A stretch of 64,000 nucleotides of DNA, from contig JACPGX010000002.1 of the NCBI GenBank assembly GCA_016188865.1, forward strand, positions 2,398 to 66,397, written 5' to 3'. The translations under genes were made by a program, and so were the position numbers. The DNA is from Candidatus Nealsonbacteria bacterium. GTDB lineage: Bacteria; Patescibacteriota; Minisyncoccia; Minisyncoccales; MHMH01. The notes under the pieces are model-generated. The model had not been told where the DNA came from. It worked only from the letters and a program-made list of their open reading frames with translations, and did not search any database. Shown here piece after piece: positions 9,792-19,098 of this stretch; positions within the stretch are counted from its first letter, which is position 1, and each line of letters opens with the position of its first letter.

Positions 9792-10244
9792 ATGATTTTA
9801 AGCGCTCATCTTCTTGCTGGGGCAGTTATCGCCTCAAAAATATCCAATCCGATCCTTGCTCTTCCCTTAGCTCTTTTAAGCCATTATTTTTTAGATTTGC
9901 TGCCCCAAACAGAATACTCAATCTCAAATATTAAAGCAAAACGTTGGAGTAAATCTCTTTTAGATTGGTCTAAAGTTTTTTTGGATATTTCCTTTGGAAT
10001 TTTATTAATTTATTTATTTTCCGATAAAAGCCCCCTAATCTTTATTGGAGCTATTCCAGCCATAATCCCGGATGGAATGACTTTAGTCTATATTCTTTTC
10101 CCCGGAAAAAAACTAATAAAACTGCATCATAAATTCCACCAAACCGTGAATAATGTCTACGATACTGAAACTAAAAGAAAACCCGCTCTTTGGGGCATTT
10201 TTATGCAGATTATCATAGCTCTAATAGCTATTTTCCTATTATAA
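9792..10244 (+). CDS. Hypothetical membrane protein (possible metal-dependent hydrolase)
   Basis: Hydrophobic ORF with H..., SHYFLD and PD motifs. Confidence 0.6.
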   Translation: MILSAHLLAGAVIASKISNPILALPLALLSHYFLDLLPQTEYSISNIKAKRWSKSLLDWSKVFLDISFGILLIYLFSDKSPLIFIGAIPAIIPDGMTLVYILFPGKKLIKLHHKFHQTVNNVYDTETKRKPALWGIFMQIIIALIAIFLL

Positions 10245-10923
10245 CCACAAATTCTCCCCTGATCTCTTCTTTTTCAAGCTGTTCCAAAACATCCTCAATC
10301 GTGCCCCGATAAATAGTTTCAAACTTTTTAGTTAACTCGCGGCAGACTACCACCGCTAAGGAACTTAGTTCCTTAGCCCTTAAGGAACTAAGTTCCTTAA
10401 GGGTTTTTATTATTCTATAAGGAGATTCGTAAAAAATTACCGGATATTTTGAATCCGCCAGCTGGCGAACTGCTTCCTCAAAAAACTTTTTTCTTTTATT
10501 TTTTACCGGCGGAAAACCCAAAAATAAAAACCTATCCATTGGCAAGCCAGAAATGGAAACTGCGGCAGTCAAGGCGCTCGGTCCCGGTATGGGCACAATT
10601 CTTATTAATGGATATCGGACATCCATTATTCTCCTAACCAATTGATTGCCGGGGTCGGAAATGCCGGGAGTGCCGGCATCGGAAACTAATGCCAAATTTT
10701 TACCTTCTTTCAAAAGCTGAAAGATATATTCAGCTTTATTTAATTTAGAGTGCTGATGATAACTTATGGTTTTAGTTTTAATCTCGTAATGATCCAGCAA
10801 CTTTTGAGTTTGCCTGGTATCTTCGCATAAAATTAAATCAACCGACTTTAAAATGTCGATTGCCCTTAATGTGATATCGCCAAGATTGCCAATTGGCGTA
10901 GCGACAATATAAAGAGTAGCCAT
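10228..10923 (-). CDS. rsmI: 16S rRNA (cytidine-1402-2'-O)-methyltransferase
   Basis: ATPIGNL.DIT.RA, CEDTR, SDAGTPGISDPG, RELTKKFE. Confidence 0.95.
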   Translation of the reverse strand: MATLYIVATPIGNLGDITLRAIDILKSVDLILCEDTRQTQKLLDHYEIKTKTISYHQHSKLNKAEYIFQLLKEGKNLALVSDAGTPGISDPGNQLVRRIMDVRYPLIRIVPIPGPSALTAAVSISGLPMDRFLFLGFPPVKNKRKKFFEEAVRQLADSKYPVIFYESPYRIIKTLKELSSLRAKELSSLAVVVCRELTKKFETIYRGTIEDVLEQLEKEEIRGEFVVIIGK

Positions 10924-10924
10924 G

Positions 10925-11953
10925 TTAGAGCACTACTGCTTTTTCTTCCTTTTTTTTCTTTAAGAAGTCTTTTAAAAATTCAAAGAAAATCCCGGCAACC
11001 GGAATAGCCAAAAGCGCTCCCATCAAACCCCATAACTTTCCTCCGACCAATAAAGAAACCAGCACTAAAACCGGCGGCAAGCCGATGAATTTTTTAGCCA
11101 AGATTGGGGTTAAAATATTGCCTTCAATTTGCTGGATTAATATAAAGGCAACTGTGAAAAACACTGCCTTTAGCCAAACTGCAGAGGCCACGATAACTGC
11201 AATAACTGCTCCCGAGATAATTGGACCGACAATAGGTATAAAATTAAAAACACCTGCAAAAATACCGAAAGAAACCGCGTAGTCGATATTCAAAACGTAG
11301 CAAATCAAAAAAGTCATTAATCCAATAAAGAAAGAGGTCAAAATTCTCGTGCCAAACCAACCAGAAACCTTCCATTGGCTCTTTGCTAAAATATTCAAAA
11401 CTACAGCTTCATACTTCTTCGGAGTAAGAGCTCGTATTACTTTCTCAAACCCCTCTTCTTCCAAAGAAAGAAAGATGGCAATAGATAGAATGGTGAGAGT
11501 AGAAAATAATCCGCCGAAGATAACCCCTATGGCATTAAACACGCTGGAAGAAACAGCAGAAAGCTCGCTTTCCATAGTTTTAGTAAATTTCTCAAAACTT
11601 TCAAAAGCTTCTATGCCCAAGCCCCTAAAAGTTGGAGACACTCTTTCAAAATAAACAGGGAAAGATTGGGAAAACTGTTTAATTTCTGCAACAAAAATGG
11701 GGGCTACTAAATAAATAGAAATACCCACGATACCGAAAATAGCCACATAAACTAAAATCACGGCTAAAGCCCGAGGCATAAATTTCTTCAAAAAATTAAT
11801 AGCCGGATTAAATAGAATAGAAATAATAAGAGCAAAAATAACCCAAATTAAAATATCCCTTATTAAATAAAGAAGGTAGAAAATGCCTCCGGCAATGGCA
11901 ATCTTTAAAATTGTCTGCCAGGAAATATCTAATACTTTTGTATCATCAGCCAT
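10925..11953 (-). CDS. AI-2E family transporter
   Basis: Multi-TM protein with FIPIVGP, QQIEGNILTP and G..GALLAIP. Confidence 0.9.
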   Translation of the reverse strand: MADDTKVLDISWQTILKIAIAGGIFYLLYLIRDILIWVIFALIISILFNPAINFLKKFMPRALAVILVYVAIFGIVGISIYLVAPIFVAEIKQFSQSFPVYFERVSPTFRGLGIEAFESFEKFTKTMESELSAVSSSVFNAIGVIFGGLFSTLTILSIAIFLSLEEEGFEKVIRALTPKKYEAVVLNILAKSQWKVSGWFGTRILTSFFIGLMTFLICYVLNIDYAVSFGIFAGVFNFIPIVGPIISGAVIAVIVASAVWLKAVFFTVAFILIQQIEGNILTPILAKKFIGLPPVLVLVSLLVGGKLWGLMGALLAIPVAGIFFEFLKDFLKKKKEEKAVVL

Positions 11954-11960
11954 ATATTAT

Positions 11961-13223
11961 TTATTTTAATATTTTTAAAAAAGAAGCTTTCTCTCTAAAG
12001 GGGCCGATTAAAGCCAGGTTCAGTTTGCCCGGCTGAAAAATATCTTTGGCAACCAGCAAAACGTCATTAGCTGAAACTTTATTAATTTTAGCATACATTT
12101 GCTCTGGCGTTAAAATTTCTTTCTGCAGAAGTTCTTCGCTGCCGTAAAAAGAAGCCAAGGCATCCGATGATTCCAGGAGCAGAGCCATTTTGCCCGTAAT
12201 ATAATCTTTAGCTTTTTTTAATTCATTTGCCGGAACTTTTTTCTCTGATATTCTTTTATATTCTCTTAAAATAACCGAGACAGCTTTTTCTGTGTTTTTA
12301 TTATCTACGCCGGCCTGGGTAACCAAATATCCTGTATCCGGATTGGCATCGGCTTCAGTTCTAATGTAGTAAGCCAATCCCAAATTATCCCTAACCTCCA
12401 TAAAAAGGCGGGAACTCATCATCCCTCCCAAAATCACTCCCAAAACATCCTGAACATATTTTTTAGGATGGAAAAGATTATATCCCCTAACCCCGAAACA
12501 AAGATGAGTTTGATCGGTTTCTTTAAAATGTAAAAGGCATTCTGGCTGAGTTTGGCGTTCTATAACCGCCGCTTTTGGATTAAAAGCGGCTGATTTAATA
12601 CCGGAAAAATATTCTCTAATTTTATTTATAGCGTGGGAATTTTCTATCTTGCCTGCCACGCAAATAACGGTATTGGAGGCGACATATTGGCTTTTCATAT
12701 AATCTGCCAGTTTTTGCTGCGTCATTTTTGCGACAGTTTCTTTGGTACCGGCAATATCCCAGCCGGCCGGCTGGTCGCCATACAAAAGTTTGGACCATAA
12801 AATACCGACATGCGCCATGGGATTGTCATAAATCATATTGATCTCTTCGGTAATCACGCCTTTCTCTCTTTCGGCTTCTTTTTCCGGAAGCAAGCTATTC
12901 AAAAAAATATCCGAAACCCAATCTAAGGCCAATTCGAATTTTGAAGCTTCAACTTTGGCGAAATACCCAGTATAATCTTCACCGGTGAAAGCGTTGTATA
13001 TTCCCCCCACCTTATCTAAGGTTTCGGCAATCTCCAGTTTATTGGGCCTTTTTTTTGTTCCCTTAAAAAACATGTGCTCCAAAAAATGGGAAATACCGGA
13101 AATGTCTCTTTGCTCATACTTGGAGCCCGTTCCCACCAATACTAAAACAGTTACCGCCTGCGTGCTCTTTTGCGGCACCGTAATAATCCTCAAACCGTTT
13201 TTTAAAGTGATTTTTTTATGCAT
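11961..13223 (-). CDS. M16 family zinc peptidase
   Basis: HFLEHMFFKGT inverted zincin motif; SSRLF..VR...GLAY. Confidence 0.95.
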   Translation of the reverse strand: MHKKITLKNGLRIITVPQKSTQAVTVLVLVGTGSKYEQRDISGISHFLEHMFFKGTKKRPNKLEIAETLDKVGGIYNAFTGEDYTGYFAKVEASKFELALDWVSDIFLNSLLPEKEAEREKGVITEEINMIYDNPMAHVGILWSKLLYGDQPAGWDIAGTKETVAKMTQQKLADYMKSQYVASNTVICVAGKIENSHAINKIREYFSGIKSAAFNPKAAVIERQTQPECLLHFKETDQTHLCFGVRGYNLFHPKKYVQDVLGVILGGMMSSRLFMEVRDNLGLAYYIRTEADANPDTGYLVTQAGVDNKNTEKAVSVILREYKRISEKKVPANELKKAKDYITGKMALLLESSDALASFYGSEELLQKEILTPEQMYAKINKVSANDVLLVAKDIFQPGKLNLALIGPFREKASFLKILK

Positions 13224-13304
13224 AACTTATTTAATTATACTCTATCTTATGAAAAATAAAAGTAGAGGATATTTTCCTCTACTTTATTGTTTCTTCAAAA
13301 GTTA

Positions 13305-14897
13305 TTATTTTTCCGGCAAAGAAGGCAGCAGCCGCTCCAGCCGATCAGTCAGTTCCTTTAACTGCCCAATCACTTGTCGAAGCTCTTTTTGAGAAAGTTT
13401 ATCAACCGTCTGATTGATTATCTGGCCTGTCGCATCAATGATTGGGCTTTCGCCAATGCCCGCTATGCGTCCCTTCTTTTCTCCAAGCAGGAAACCGATC
13501 ATTTCTTGGTAATTGGAGCCCAAGCTTAACACTTCGTTTGTCTGGGAATTGACCAATACCGTATCAACAATGCCGGCAAAAGTATTGGGCGTCAGGGTGA
13601 ACATCCAGTACAGAACGCCCTGTTTCATTATTGGCCTGGGCTCGAGCACCAGAATTTGATCCCACTTAAATGCTGGATAAGCCCGGACAACGTAATCGCG
13701 AGCCCTTATTGGACCGATTAAAGTGCTATCTCCCGACATGGTTAACAACTCAACTTTACCAGTAATGGCATCTACGAAAAATAGTCGATAGATACCCTGG
13801 GCTCCCCAAGCATTAGCCGCAACCACCCACTTCTGGCCAAGATCAGTTGGCAAAAGAAATGGCATCTCATTAACCAAGTAGCCAGTTTCTGAAGGACCGA
13901 CTGAAGGAATTTCGATCTGATCTTGATGCTTAAAAATGGTGTTAGCAATGCCGTTTTTGTAAGCATAGGCCTCAACGTAAAGCCTGGCCAATTTCTCAGG
14001 AAATATGCGCGCATCTTTTAACAAATGATTTTGCATAGCCTCTTGAGGAGTTAAGTCTTCAACCGAGCCGTTGCTGTGGACCAGGAAGACTCCGCCGAAA
14101 TGAGGCACCATCACAGGAAACTTAAACGAATAATTCAAATATGGGGCTACCGCTACGACCTCTTCTTTTTCGCTCTGGATGTAATAAATCTCGGTGACTT
14201 CAGACCAGTATCTTTTCTGCCGCAGCTTCCAAAGAATGTGATCGCTGCCCAGCATGCCTTCGCCGATCGTCATTTTTTGCCGAATAGTTGAAACATCACC
14301 TCGGCTATCAACAATCGTGAAGCCGTCGCTATTGCGCAATGCTTCATTCCAAAAGCCCCGTGGCGCACGAGTCAAAATCCAGTGCATTTCATTTCCTTTA
14401 ATAACCGGATCGGCGTCTACATGCTGAACCATCGGCTCCTGAAGACGATTTTCGCCATACCGCCAAGCAACTTCCAGGGGTAGGTAACGAACAGCAGTTG
14501 TATTTGGCATAATTTCGACCTCTTCATAAGCTAGAGATTTATAAATATTCTGGCGAGTCCAGGAAGAATTGAAAGAGCCGAAAATTATAAGCCAAATGAC
14601 AAAACAAATTAAAAAATAAACGCCAGATGCTCCCCAGCTCTTTACTATCAAGCCAATGAACGCAGCGCTAATCAAAATTAGCGACAAAACTATCCAAAAA
14701 CCGAGGACACCATAAAACAGATAAAAGAACATCGGCTGGAAGAACGGCAACCAAGCAATCAGCCAGAAAAGAGTCAAAACAAGAGAAACAAAAAACAATA
14801 TAACCGATGTTTTTTTATCGTAATTGGAGATCGTCGCCCAAAAAGCAATCCAAGTGATGCAACTCATGAGAAAGACCACCAAAGCAAAAACTATCAT
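13305..14897 (-). CDS. Hypothetical membrane-anchored protein
   Basis: 530-aa ORF with about four N-terminal TM segments and a large soluble domain. Confidence 0.75.
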   Translation of the reverse strand: MIVFALVVFLMSCITWIAFWATISNYDKKTSVILFFVSLVLTLFWLIAWLPFFQPMFFYLFYGVLGFWIVLSLILISAAFIGLIVKSWGASGVYFLICFVIWLIIFGSFNSSWTRQNIYKSLAYEEVEIMPNTTAVRYLPLEVAWRYGENRLQEPMVQHVDADPVIKGNEMHWILTRAPRGFWNEALRNSDGFTIVDSRGDVSTIRQKMTIGEGMLGSDHILWKLRQKRYWSEVTEIYYIQSEKEEVVAVAPYLNYSFKFPVMVPHFGGVFLVHSNGSVEDLTPQEAMQNHLLKDARIFPEKLARLYVEAYAYKNGIANTIFKHQDQIEIPSVGPSETGYLVNEMPFLLPTDLGQKWVVAANAWGAQGIYRLFFVDAITGKVELLTMSGDSTLIGPIRARDYVVRAYPAFKWDQILVLEPRPIMKQGVLYWMFTLTPNTFAGIVDTVLVNSQTNEVLSLGSNYQEMIGFLLGEKKGRIAGIGESPIIDATGQIINQTVDKLSQKELRQVIGQLKELTDRLERLLPSLPEK

Positions 14898-15017
14898 TTT
14901 TTCCGCCCCCTTATCAAAGAACTTTTTTACTACAATAGGATATCATTTAATATAGAAAATGTCAAGACAAAAAAACCGCGCCGGGCGAGGTTGAAAAAAT
15001 CTTATTTTAAGAAAATT

Positions 15018-16343
15018 TTATTTTTCTAATTTTTCTTTAAGAATTTCTAACAAATTATCTATTTTAACTCTGTCTTGTTTCATAGTGTCGCGGTCGCGGA
15101 TGGTTAAATCGTCTTTTTCTAAAGTTTCAAAATCTACAGTCAGACAAAATAACGTGCCGATTTCGTCCTGACGGCGGTACCTGCGGCCGATAGAGCCGGC
15201 TTCGTCGTATTGGCAGGCAAAATTATTTTTTAATAAATCAAAAACCTCCCTGGCCTTTTTGACTAATTCCGGCTTATTTTTCAGCAAAGGCAAAATAGCC
15301 ACTTTTACCGGAGCCAAAGATTTATGCAATTTTAACATCACTTCAACTTCTTTTACGGCTTCCGTTGTTTCCGTTCTGCCGCCCCTTATTTCCTCATAAG
15401 CATCTATTAAAAAAGCTAAAAAGCCTCTGTCTGCCCCTCCCGATGTTTCTATAATATGGGGGTAGTAACCTTCATATTTTAATTCTTTGCCGCAGTGCTT
15501 AGAATGATTAGACAAGTCCCAATCTCCCCTATTGTGAACGCCTTCAATTTCTTTCCAGCCAAAAGGAAACTTATACTCAATATCAACTGCTCTTTTGGCA
15601 TAATGAGCCAATTCTTCTTTATTAACTTCCCTGAATCTTAAATTTTCTTTTTTAATGCCCAAATTTAAATACCATTTCATTCTCTGCTCCTTCCAGTACT
15701 CAAAAAATTCCGGGGCTGTTTTGGGCTCGCAAAACCACTGCATTTCCATCTGCTCAAATTCACGAGTTCTGTAAATAAAATCCTTGGGAGTAATTTCGTT
15801 TCTAAATGATTTGCCAATTTGCGCCACCCCAAAAGGAATTTTTAAGCGCATTGAATTCACGATATTCTCAAAATTAACATAAATACCCTGACAGGTTTCG
15901 GCCCTTAAATAAGCCATAGCTGAATCTTCTTCTAAGGCGCCGACAAAAGTTTTCATCATCAAGTTAAACTTTCTGGGCTGAGTAATTTCTCCGCCGCAAT
16001 CCGGACATTTGTCTTTTTCCAAAAAATCTTTCCTAAACCTGTGGTGGCACTTTTTGCATTCCACCAACTCATCGGCAAAACCGGCTGATAAATGCCCGGA
16101 CGCCTGCCAAACTTTAGGGTTCATCATAATGGCGGAGTCCAGCCCCACAACAATTCCGCCAGCTGGCGGATTCTGCTTCCTTAACATTTCATCGCGCCAA
16201 GCATTTTTAATGTTATTTTTCATTTCCACGCCCAAGGGACCAAAATCATAACTCGATCCAAAACCGCCATAGATTTCAGACGATGGAAAAATAAAACCTC
16301 GGCGTTTGGATAAAGATATTATTTTTTGCAATAAGTCTTCCAT
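15018..16343 (-). CDS. glyQS: Glycine--tRNA ligase (alpha2 type)
   Basis: SEIYGG, LRAETCQG, FRNEI, REFEQME, IGRRYRRQDEIG. Confidence 0.95.
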   Translation of the reverse strand: MEDLLQKIISLSKRRGFIFPSSEIYGGFGSSYDFGPLGVEMKNNIKNAWRDEMLRKQNPPAGGIVVGLDSAIMMNPKVWQASGHLSAGFADELVECKKCHHRFRKDFLEKDKCPDCGGEITQPRKFNLMMKTFVGALEEDSAMAYLRAETCQGIYVNFENIVNSMRLKIPFGVAQIGKSFRNEITPKDFIYRTREFEQMEMQWFCEPKTAPEFFEYWKEQRMKWYLNLGIKKENLRFREVNKEELAHYAKRAVDIEYKFPFGWKEIEGVHNRGDWDLSNHSKHCGKELKYEGYYPHIIETSGGADRGFLAFLIDAYEEIRGGRTETTEAVKEVEVMLKLHKSLAPVKVAILPLLKNKPELVKKAREVFDLLKNNFACQYDEAGSIGRRYRRQDEIGTLFCLTVDFETLEKDDLTIRDRDTMKQDRVKIDNLLEILKEKLEK

Positions 16344-16344
16344 A

Positions 16345-17967
16345 TTATTGAACTACTTGAGCCGTATTTATGACCGCTGCTTCTCCTCGAACGATTGATC
16401 CGGTAAACTGGTCCTCTCCGACAATTTCTGCTTTGCCAATCAAATCCTTGCTTACCAAACCTTGAGGCGTTATGGCTATCTGGAAAGCTGCGCTTGGCCC
16501 CTCTCCGCCAAAAACTCCCCTGCCGGCTGATAAATTATCTAATTTCCAAATAACCTCCCGGGAATTGGAATCAAAAGTTAACAAAGTATTCTCTGGAAAA
16601 ATCTTACCGGTTAAGTTAACTCCTTGGCCCAAAACTGCTTTTACTCGGGCGTTATTTACATCATTATAATAATTCTTTGCCTGCCAAATTATAGTATAGC
16701 TTGTGCGGCTGCCTGCTTGCGGCGGCAAGGGACCGGAATTTCCGAAAACTTCATCTTGGTAGTATCCTTTTTGGGTTATTTCTATTTTAGAATTGACTTT
16801 AGTGATAAATTCTTGGCTGGCCTGAGAAAGATAAACTCTGTTTCTTATTGTCGGGTTTGCGTCCTGCAGGCTATTCATGTTCCAATTTTCTTTCAAATTA
16901 ATCCAAAATTCTATTTTTCCCTCATCGCCTGACTCTAAAAATCTAAGGTTAGAAACCTTTCGCCAATCAAAAATTACAGAATTATCGCCAACCTCAAACT
17001 CGCCCAAGGGGGCCTTTAGTGTTTGGAAATCAAAAGCTTGGCCCTCCAATTTGGCTATTAAAAATAAATTATTAAAAGGTTCTGGGCCGATATTCCTGAA
17101 GAAAATCTCGTAATGCAAATTATCTCCCGGATTGGCGACATACTGGGGATTGTTATTAATTAACTGTGAAATATATATGGAAGGAGTGGCGATCTTAACT
17201 GCCCTTACCGATTCCTTTAAAACAACGAATGTCCCGGATTGCCAAATGCCTGCCTGGGCTTTAAACATTTTTTCTTCTTCCAACTCTCCCTTGAGGTTGC
17301 CCGTAATTTCAATTCTGCCGCCCTCGGCTTTATTCAAAAGGCCGATTTCCCATTCATTTACCCCTAAGGTTTTAGGATTGGAACTCATAAATTCGAAGTT
17401 TGACGGATATTCAATTTTAATGCCCAAACCGGAAAGAGGATAATCAGCATTTGAAAAATAATTCAGGCGAAATCTTATTTCTCCGCCAGACTCAACTTTC
17501 GATGGCAAATCGAACTCAAGAACCAAAGGCACTGACTTAATTTTTGCCGTATGGGAGGTTTCCGATTCGTAACGTGCTTTTAAATTTTTGGGCTTGTAAC
17601 TCAACCAAGCTCTGGCTTTTTTAATATCTCCCTGCTTGCCCAGAAGCCTGCCCTTAAAGTAAAGGGTGTCTGATTGTCCCGGGTAAATATCTTCTAAAAT
17701 GACTTCCTGCCTCAGCGGTTTTCCCGCTTCTAAAATGGAAAATTCAGGATACTCGAAAATAAGCCGAGGCTCTTCCAGCCGAATATCTCCATTATTTTTG
17801 TACCTCACGGCATACTCTACATCTTGAGCCGTATCTGCTTCATCGGGCCCCAAAATTTCCAATTTTAAAATATCTTTGGAGTAGATATTCCTCTGATAGT
17901 ACCAAAATCCTAAAATACCCACCAAGACGGCTAAAATGATAATGGTTAGGGTAAGTTTATTCTTCAT
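16345..17967 (-). CDS. Hypothetical exported protein with Ig-like/DUF11-type repeats
   Basis: N-terminal TM anchor followed by beta-rich repeats. Confidence 0.7.
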   Translation of the reverse strand: MKNKLTLTIIILAVLVGILGFWYYQRNIYSKDILKLEILGPDEADTAQDVEYAVRYKNNGDIRLEEPRLIFEYPEFSILEAGKPLRQEVILEDIYPGQSDTLYFKGRLLGKQGDIKKARAWLSYKPKNLKARYESETSHTAKIKSVPLVLEFDLPSKVESGGEIRFRLNYFSNADYPLSGLGIKIEYPSNFEFMSSNPKTLGVNEWEIGLLNKAEGGRIEITGNLKGELEEEKMFKAQAGIWQSGTFVVLKESVRAVKIATPSIYISQLINNNPQYVANPGDNLHYEIFFRNIGPEPFNNLFLIAKLEGQAFDFQTLKAPLGEFEVGDNSVIFDWRKVSNLRFLESGDEGKIEFWINLKENWNMNSLQDANPTIRNRVYLSQASQEFITKVNSKIEITQKGYYQDEVFGNSGPLPPQAGSRTSYTIIWQAKNYYNDVNNARVKAVLGQGVNLTGKIFPENTLLTFDSNSREVIWKLDNLSAGRGVFGGEGPSAAFQIAITPQGLVSKDLIGKAEIVGEDQFTGSIVRGEAAVINTAQVVQ

Positions 17968-17989
17968 CGTGATTTTTTTATTTTAAATT

Positions 17990-18622
17990 TTATTCATGTA
18001 TCTTTATACTATACCATTCTGAGATATTTTTTAACAACACTAAATGATTGACCATGATTTTCAGTTTGAATAGAATATTCCAATCTTTTTTTAAAATTAA
18101 TTTAATAATTTTAGCGATATCGCAATCTACTTTTTTCCCCCGGACAGAGCATCCTGCAATATCGGGGTAATATCCCAAAATGGCGACTAGATTCCAAAAA
18201 AAATAATAATACATCAGCCTTAAATCATAAATCTTAAATCTTAAATCATTCATTTTACCTAAAACCTCGTTTAGGAGTTGCCAGATTTTTTCGTCTTTTT
18301 CTTCTTTGTGGGCCAATTCATCAAGAATTCTGACAATCCCATGAACAACATGCAATTTCCCCAAATTTCTTCTGATATTGATAAAGTTTTCTATCAAAAT
18401 AGCATCTGTAAGTGTTTTATGAGTTTTTCCCTGTATGAATTCAATTTCGGATAAATAAAAAAGCCCGGCGCCGCCTCTCAGCTTTGAGTTAATTTTTCTA
18501 ATTGCTTTTCCTAAAACTTTTATTTTCCCGAAATCTTCCGTATAAACAGTGAAAAGCTGATCCGCTTCTTTAAGATCAGCTTTTCTCAAAAAAATACCCC
18601 GAGTTCTGTAATGAACTGCCAT
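17990..18622 (-). CDS. recO: DNA repair protein RecO
   Basis: EADQLFTVYTEDFGKI, AIRKINSKL N-terminal OB-fold signature. Confidence 0.85.
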   Translation of the reverse strand: MAVHYRTRGIFLRKADLKEADQLFTVYTEDFGKIKVLGKAIRKINSKLRGGAGLFYLSEIEFIQGKTHKTLTDAILIENFINIRRNLGKLHVVHGIVRILDELAHKEEKDEKIWQLLNEVLGKMNDLRFKIYDLRLMYYYFFWNLVAILGYYPDIAGCSVRGKKVDCDIAKIIKLILKKDWNILFKLKIMVNHLVLLKNISEWYSIKIHE

Positions 18623-18636
18623 GAATTTTTATTAAG

Positions 18637-19074
18637 CTAAAATCCCTTCTTCCATTGTTCGAACACTTTTATCTTATCCTCCAGCGCCTTTTTTTCTTTA
18701 AAAGTTTTGGCATACATCTTTTCTTTTTTCATTTTACCTAAAACAGCATTAAGTTTTTCTGATGAAAGGCCGTATGTTTGGCCCATCTTTTTGGCTCTTG
18801 TCTGCAGTTCCTGTATCATGCCCACTCTTTGTTTCTGCCCAAGTTTTCTGAAGGTGCCGGGTATGGGGGCATAGGGAGCCTTCCTGGCAAATTGTCTTAA
18901 CTCCAAAAAACTCTTATACGTCTTTCCACCGAAAAGACCTTTTGACTGGGGCGCAGCTTGTGGTTTTGGCTCTAGTTTGGGCGCAGGTCTTGTTATCCCC
19001 AACCTCTCAAATATGCTGGATACCGCTGGTTTCTGTGGAGAGGGGCTTGGTTTTGGCGCAAATGGCATGGGCAT
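18637..19074 (-). CDS. Hypothetical basic, Pro/Lys-rich protein
   Basis: 145-aa ORF co-oriented between ileS and recO. Confidence 0.6.
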   Translation of the reverse strand: MPMPFAPKPSPSPQKPAVSSIFERLGITRPAPKLEPKPQAAPQSKGLFGGKTYKSFLELRQFARKAPYAPIPGTFRKLGQKQRVGMIQELQTRAKKMGQTYGLSSEKLNAVLGKMKKEKMYAKTFKEKKALEDKIKVFEQWKKGF

Positions 19075-19098
19075 AATTATTGGTTAATTATATCATAT

